A stretch of DNA of 36,156 nt from assembly GCF_041915505.1 (NCBI RefSeq), contig NZ_JAYSBG010000001.1, forward strand, positions 1-36,156, given 5' to 3'. Position 1 is the stretch's first letter. Each line of letters starts with the position of its first letter. The DNA comes from Rhodoblastus sp. (GTDB lineage Bacteria; Pseudomonadota; Alphaproteobacteria; Rhizobiales; Beijerinckiaceae). A model generated the notes under the pieces. It made no database searches. It saw only the letters and a list, made by a program, of their open reading frames with translations, and had not been told where the DNA came from. Of the stretch, positions 35,562 to 36,156 are shown one piece after another. The position numbers and the translations under genes are program-made.

Positions 35562-35981
35562 CTACCAGCCCTTGCGCTTGTAGCTGGCCGGCGCCTTGCC
35601 GTGGGCGCCGGTGCTCAGCCATTGCGCCTCGCCGGCCTTGCGAACGTACTGCTCGGCCACCAGCCAGGCCTTGACCGGCCGCAAGGTGGCCAGGCACCCG
35701 CCCAGCAGGGCGGGGAAGACGGTGACGAACTGCGCCCAGACCGGCGGCTGCGCAGCGACCACCCACACCGCCCAGGCGGCGATGACCGCGATTCCCACAC
35801 CTGTCATGACGAAGAAGGCGGGGCCATCCGCGGGTTCGGCGAAATCGAACGCCAGGTCGCACACCTCACACGCCTCAGCGATCTTCAGGAACCCCGAATA
35901 CAGTCCGCCCTGGCCGCAGCGGGGGCACCGGCAGCGGAGGCCGGCGCTGAGCGAGGTCGGGCCTGTGGAGATGTCAGTCAT
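35562..35981 (-). CDS. DUF983 domain membrane protein (host)
   Basis: GLRCRCPRCGQGGLYSGFLKIAEACEVC...DGPAFFV...LRPVKAWLVAEQY. Confidence 0.88.
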   Translation of the reverse strand: MTDISTGPTSLSAGLRCRCPRCGQGGLYSGFLKIAEACEVCDLAFDFAEPADGPAFFVMTGVGIAVIAAWAVWVVAAQPPVWAQFVTVFPALLGGCLATLRPVKAWLVAEQYVRKAGEAQWLSTGAHGKAPASYKRKGW

Positions 35982-36010
35982 GGGCGGCGGTCCTGGATTG
36001 TCTGGAGCTT

Positions 36011-36044
36011 AAATCCATGCAATGTGGATATATTGCATGGATTT
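36011..36044. promoter_or_regulatory. Perfect 13-bp inverted repeat, probable operator between divergent host genes
   Basis: AAATCCATGCAAT-N8-ATTGCATGGATTT. Confidence 0.7.
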
Positions 36045-36156
36045 CTCGCGAGCATCAAGCTTGGCTCCCCGACCTGACTCCTGGCTGTCCTCCGTCCGCC
36101 GAGGTGACGGGCCCCTCTACAAGTCCATACTCAGGGCGCTGGAAGACGCGATCCGG
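36037..36156 (+). CDS. N-terminus of a GntR/MocR family regulator (host), truncated
   Basis: Own translation MDFSRASSLAPRPDSWLSSVRRGDGPLYKSILRALEDAIR; GPLY..I...L...I fits the start of a GntR wHTH; start codon uncertain. Confidence 0.65.
   Translation, partial: MDFSRASSLAPRPDSWLSSVRRGDGPLYKSILRALEDAIR

Noticed and set aside
35479-35862. 127-aa minus-strand ORF ending YSHSIINERDNPLKSWH
   Set aside because: Overlaps DUF983 in another frame; YSHSI is simply the antisense reading of the guaA 3' end

Overview
High-GC alphaproteobacterial DNA. Positions 1 to about 35533 are the right-hand part of an integrative conjugative element (ICE) of the Tn4371/ICEMlSym-like trb type, with almost all genes on the minus strand. 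In order: trbL(partial)-K-J-E-D-C-B, an RHH regulator, the TraG/VirD4 coupling protein, one orphan gene, a MOBP relaxase, a putative oriT, a lytic transglycosylase, DUF736, traF, DUF2840, ParG-like/ParA, RepA with internal iterons and an RdfS/AlpA-like excisionase. These are followed by an FseA-like activator made by a +1 programmed frameshift, a QseM-like antiactivator, an XRE regulator, a second DUF736, a FitAB/VapBC toxin-antitoxin pair, DUF2493 (SLOG), a Toprim protein, a 1443-aa methyltransferase/Strawberry-notch helicase, four small unknown genes, ParB, a PP-loop/PAPS-reductase-like enzyme coupled to ArdC, an AbiE type IV TA pair and a secreted thermonuclease. The element ends at a duplicated guaA 3' end (IEWE-stop, core GAGTGGGA). 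Host genes follow (DUF983 and a divergent MocR/GntR regulator). The least explained signals are non-coding and lie in the predicted leading region: (i) a three-copy conserved structured leader before ardC, parB and the methylase/helicase; (ii) a second family of long covarying hairpins resembling single-stranded-DNA promoters; (iii) intrinsic terminators placed just ahead of ribosome-binding sites. All family assignments are from motif recognition by eye; no database search was run.
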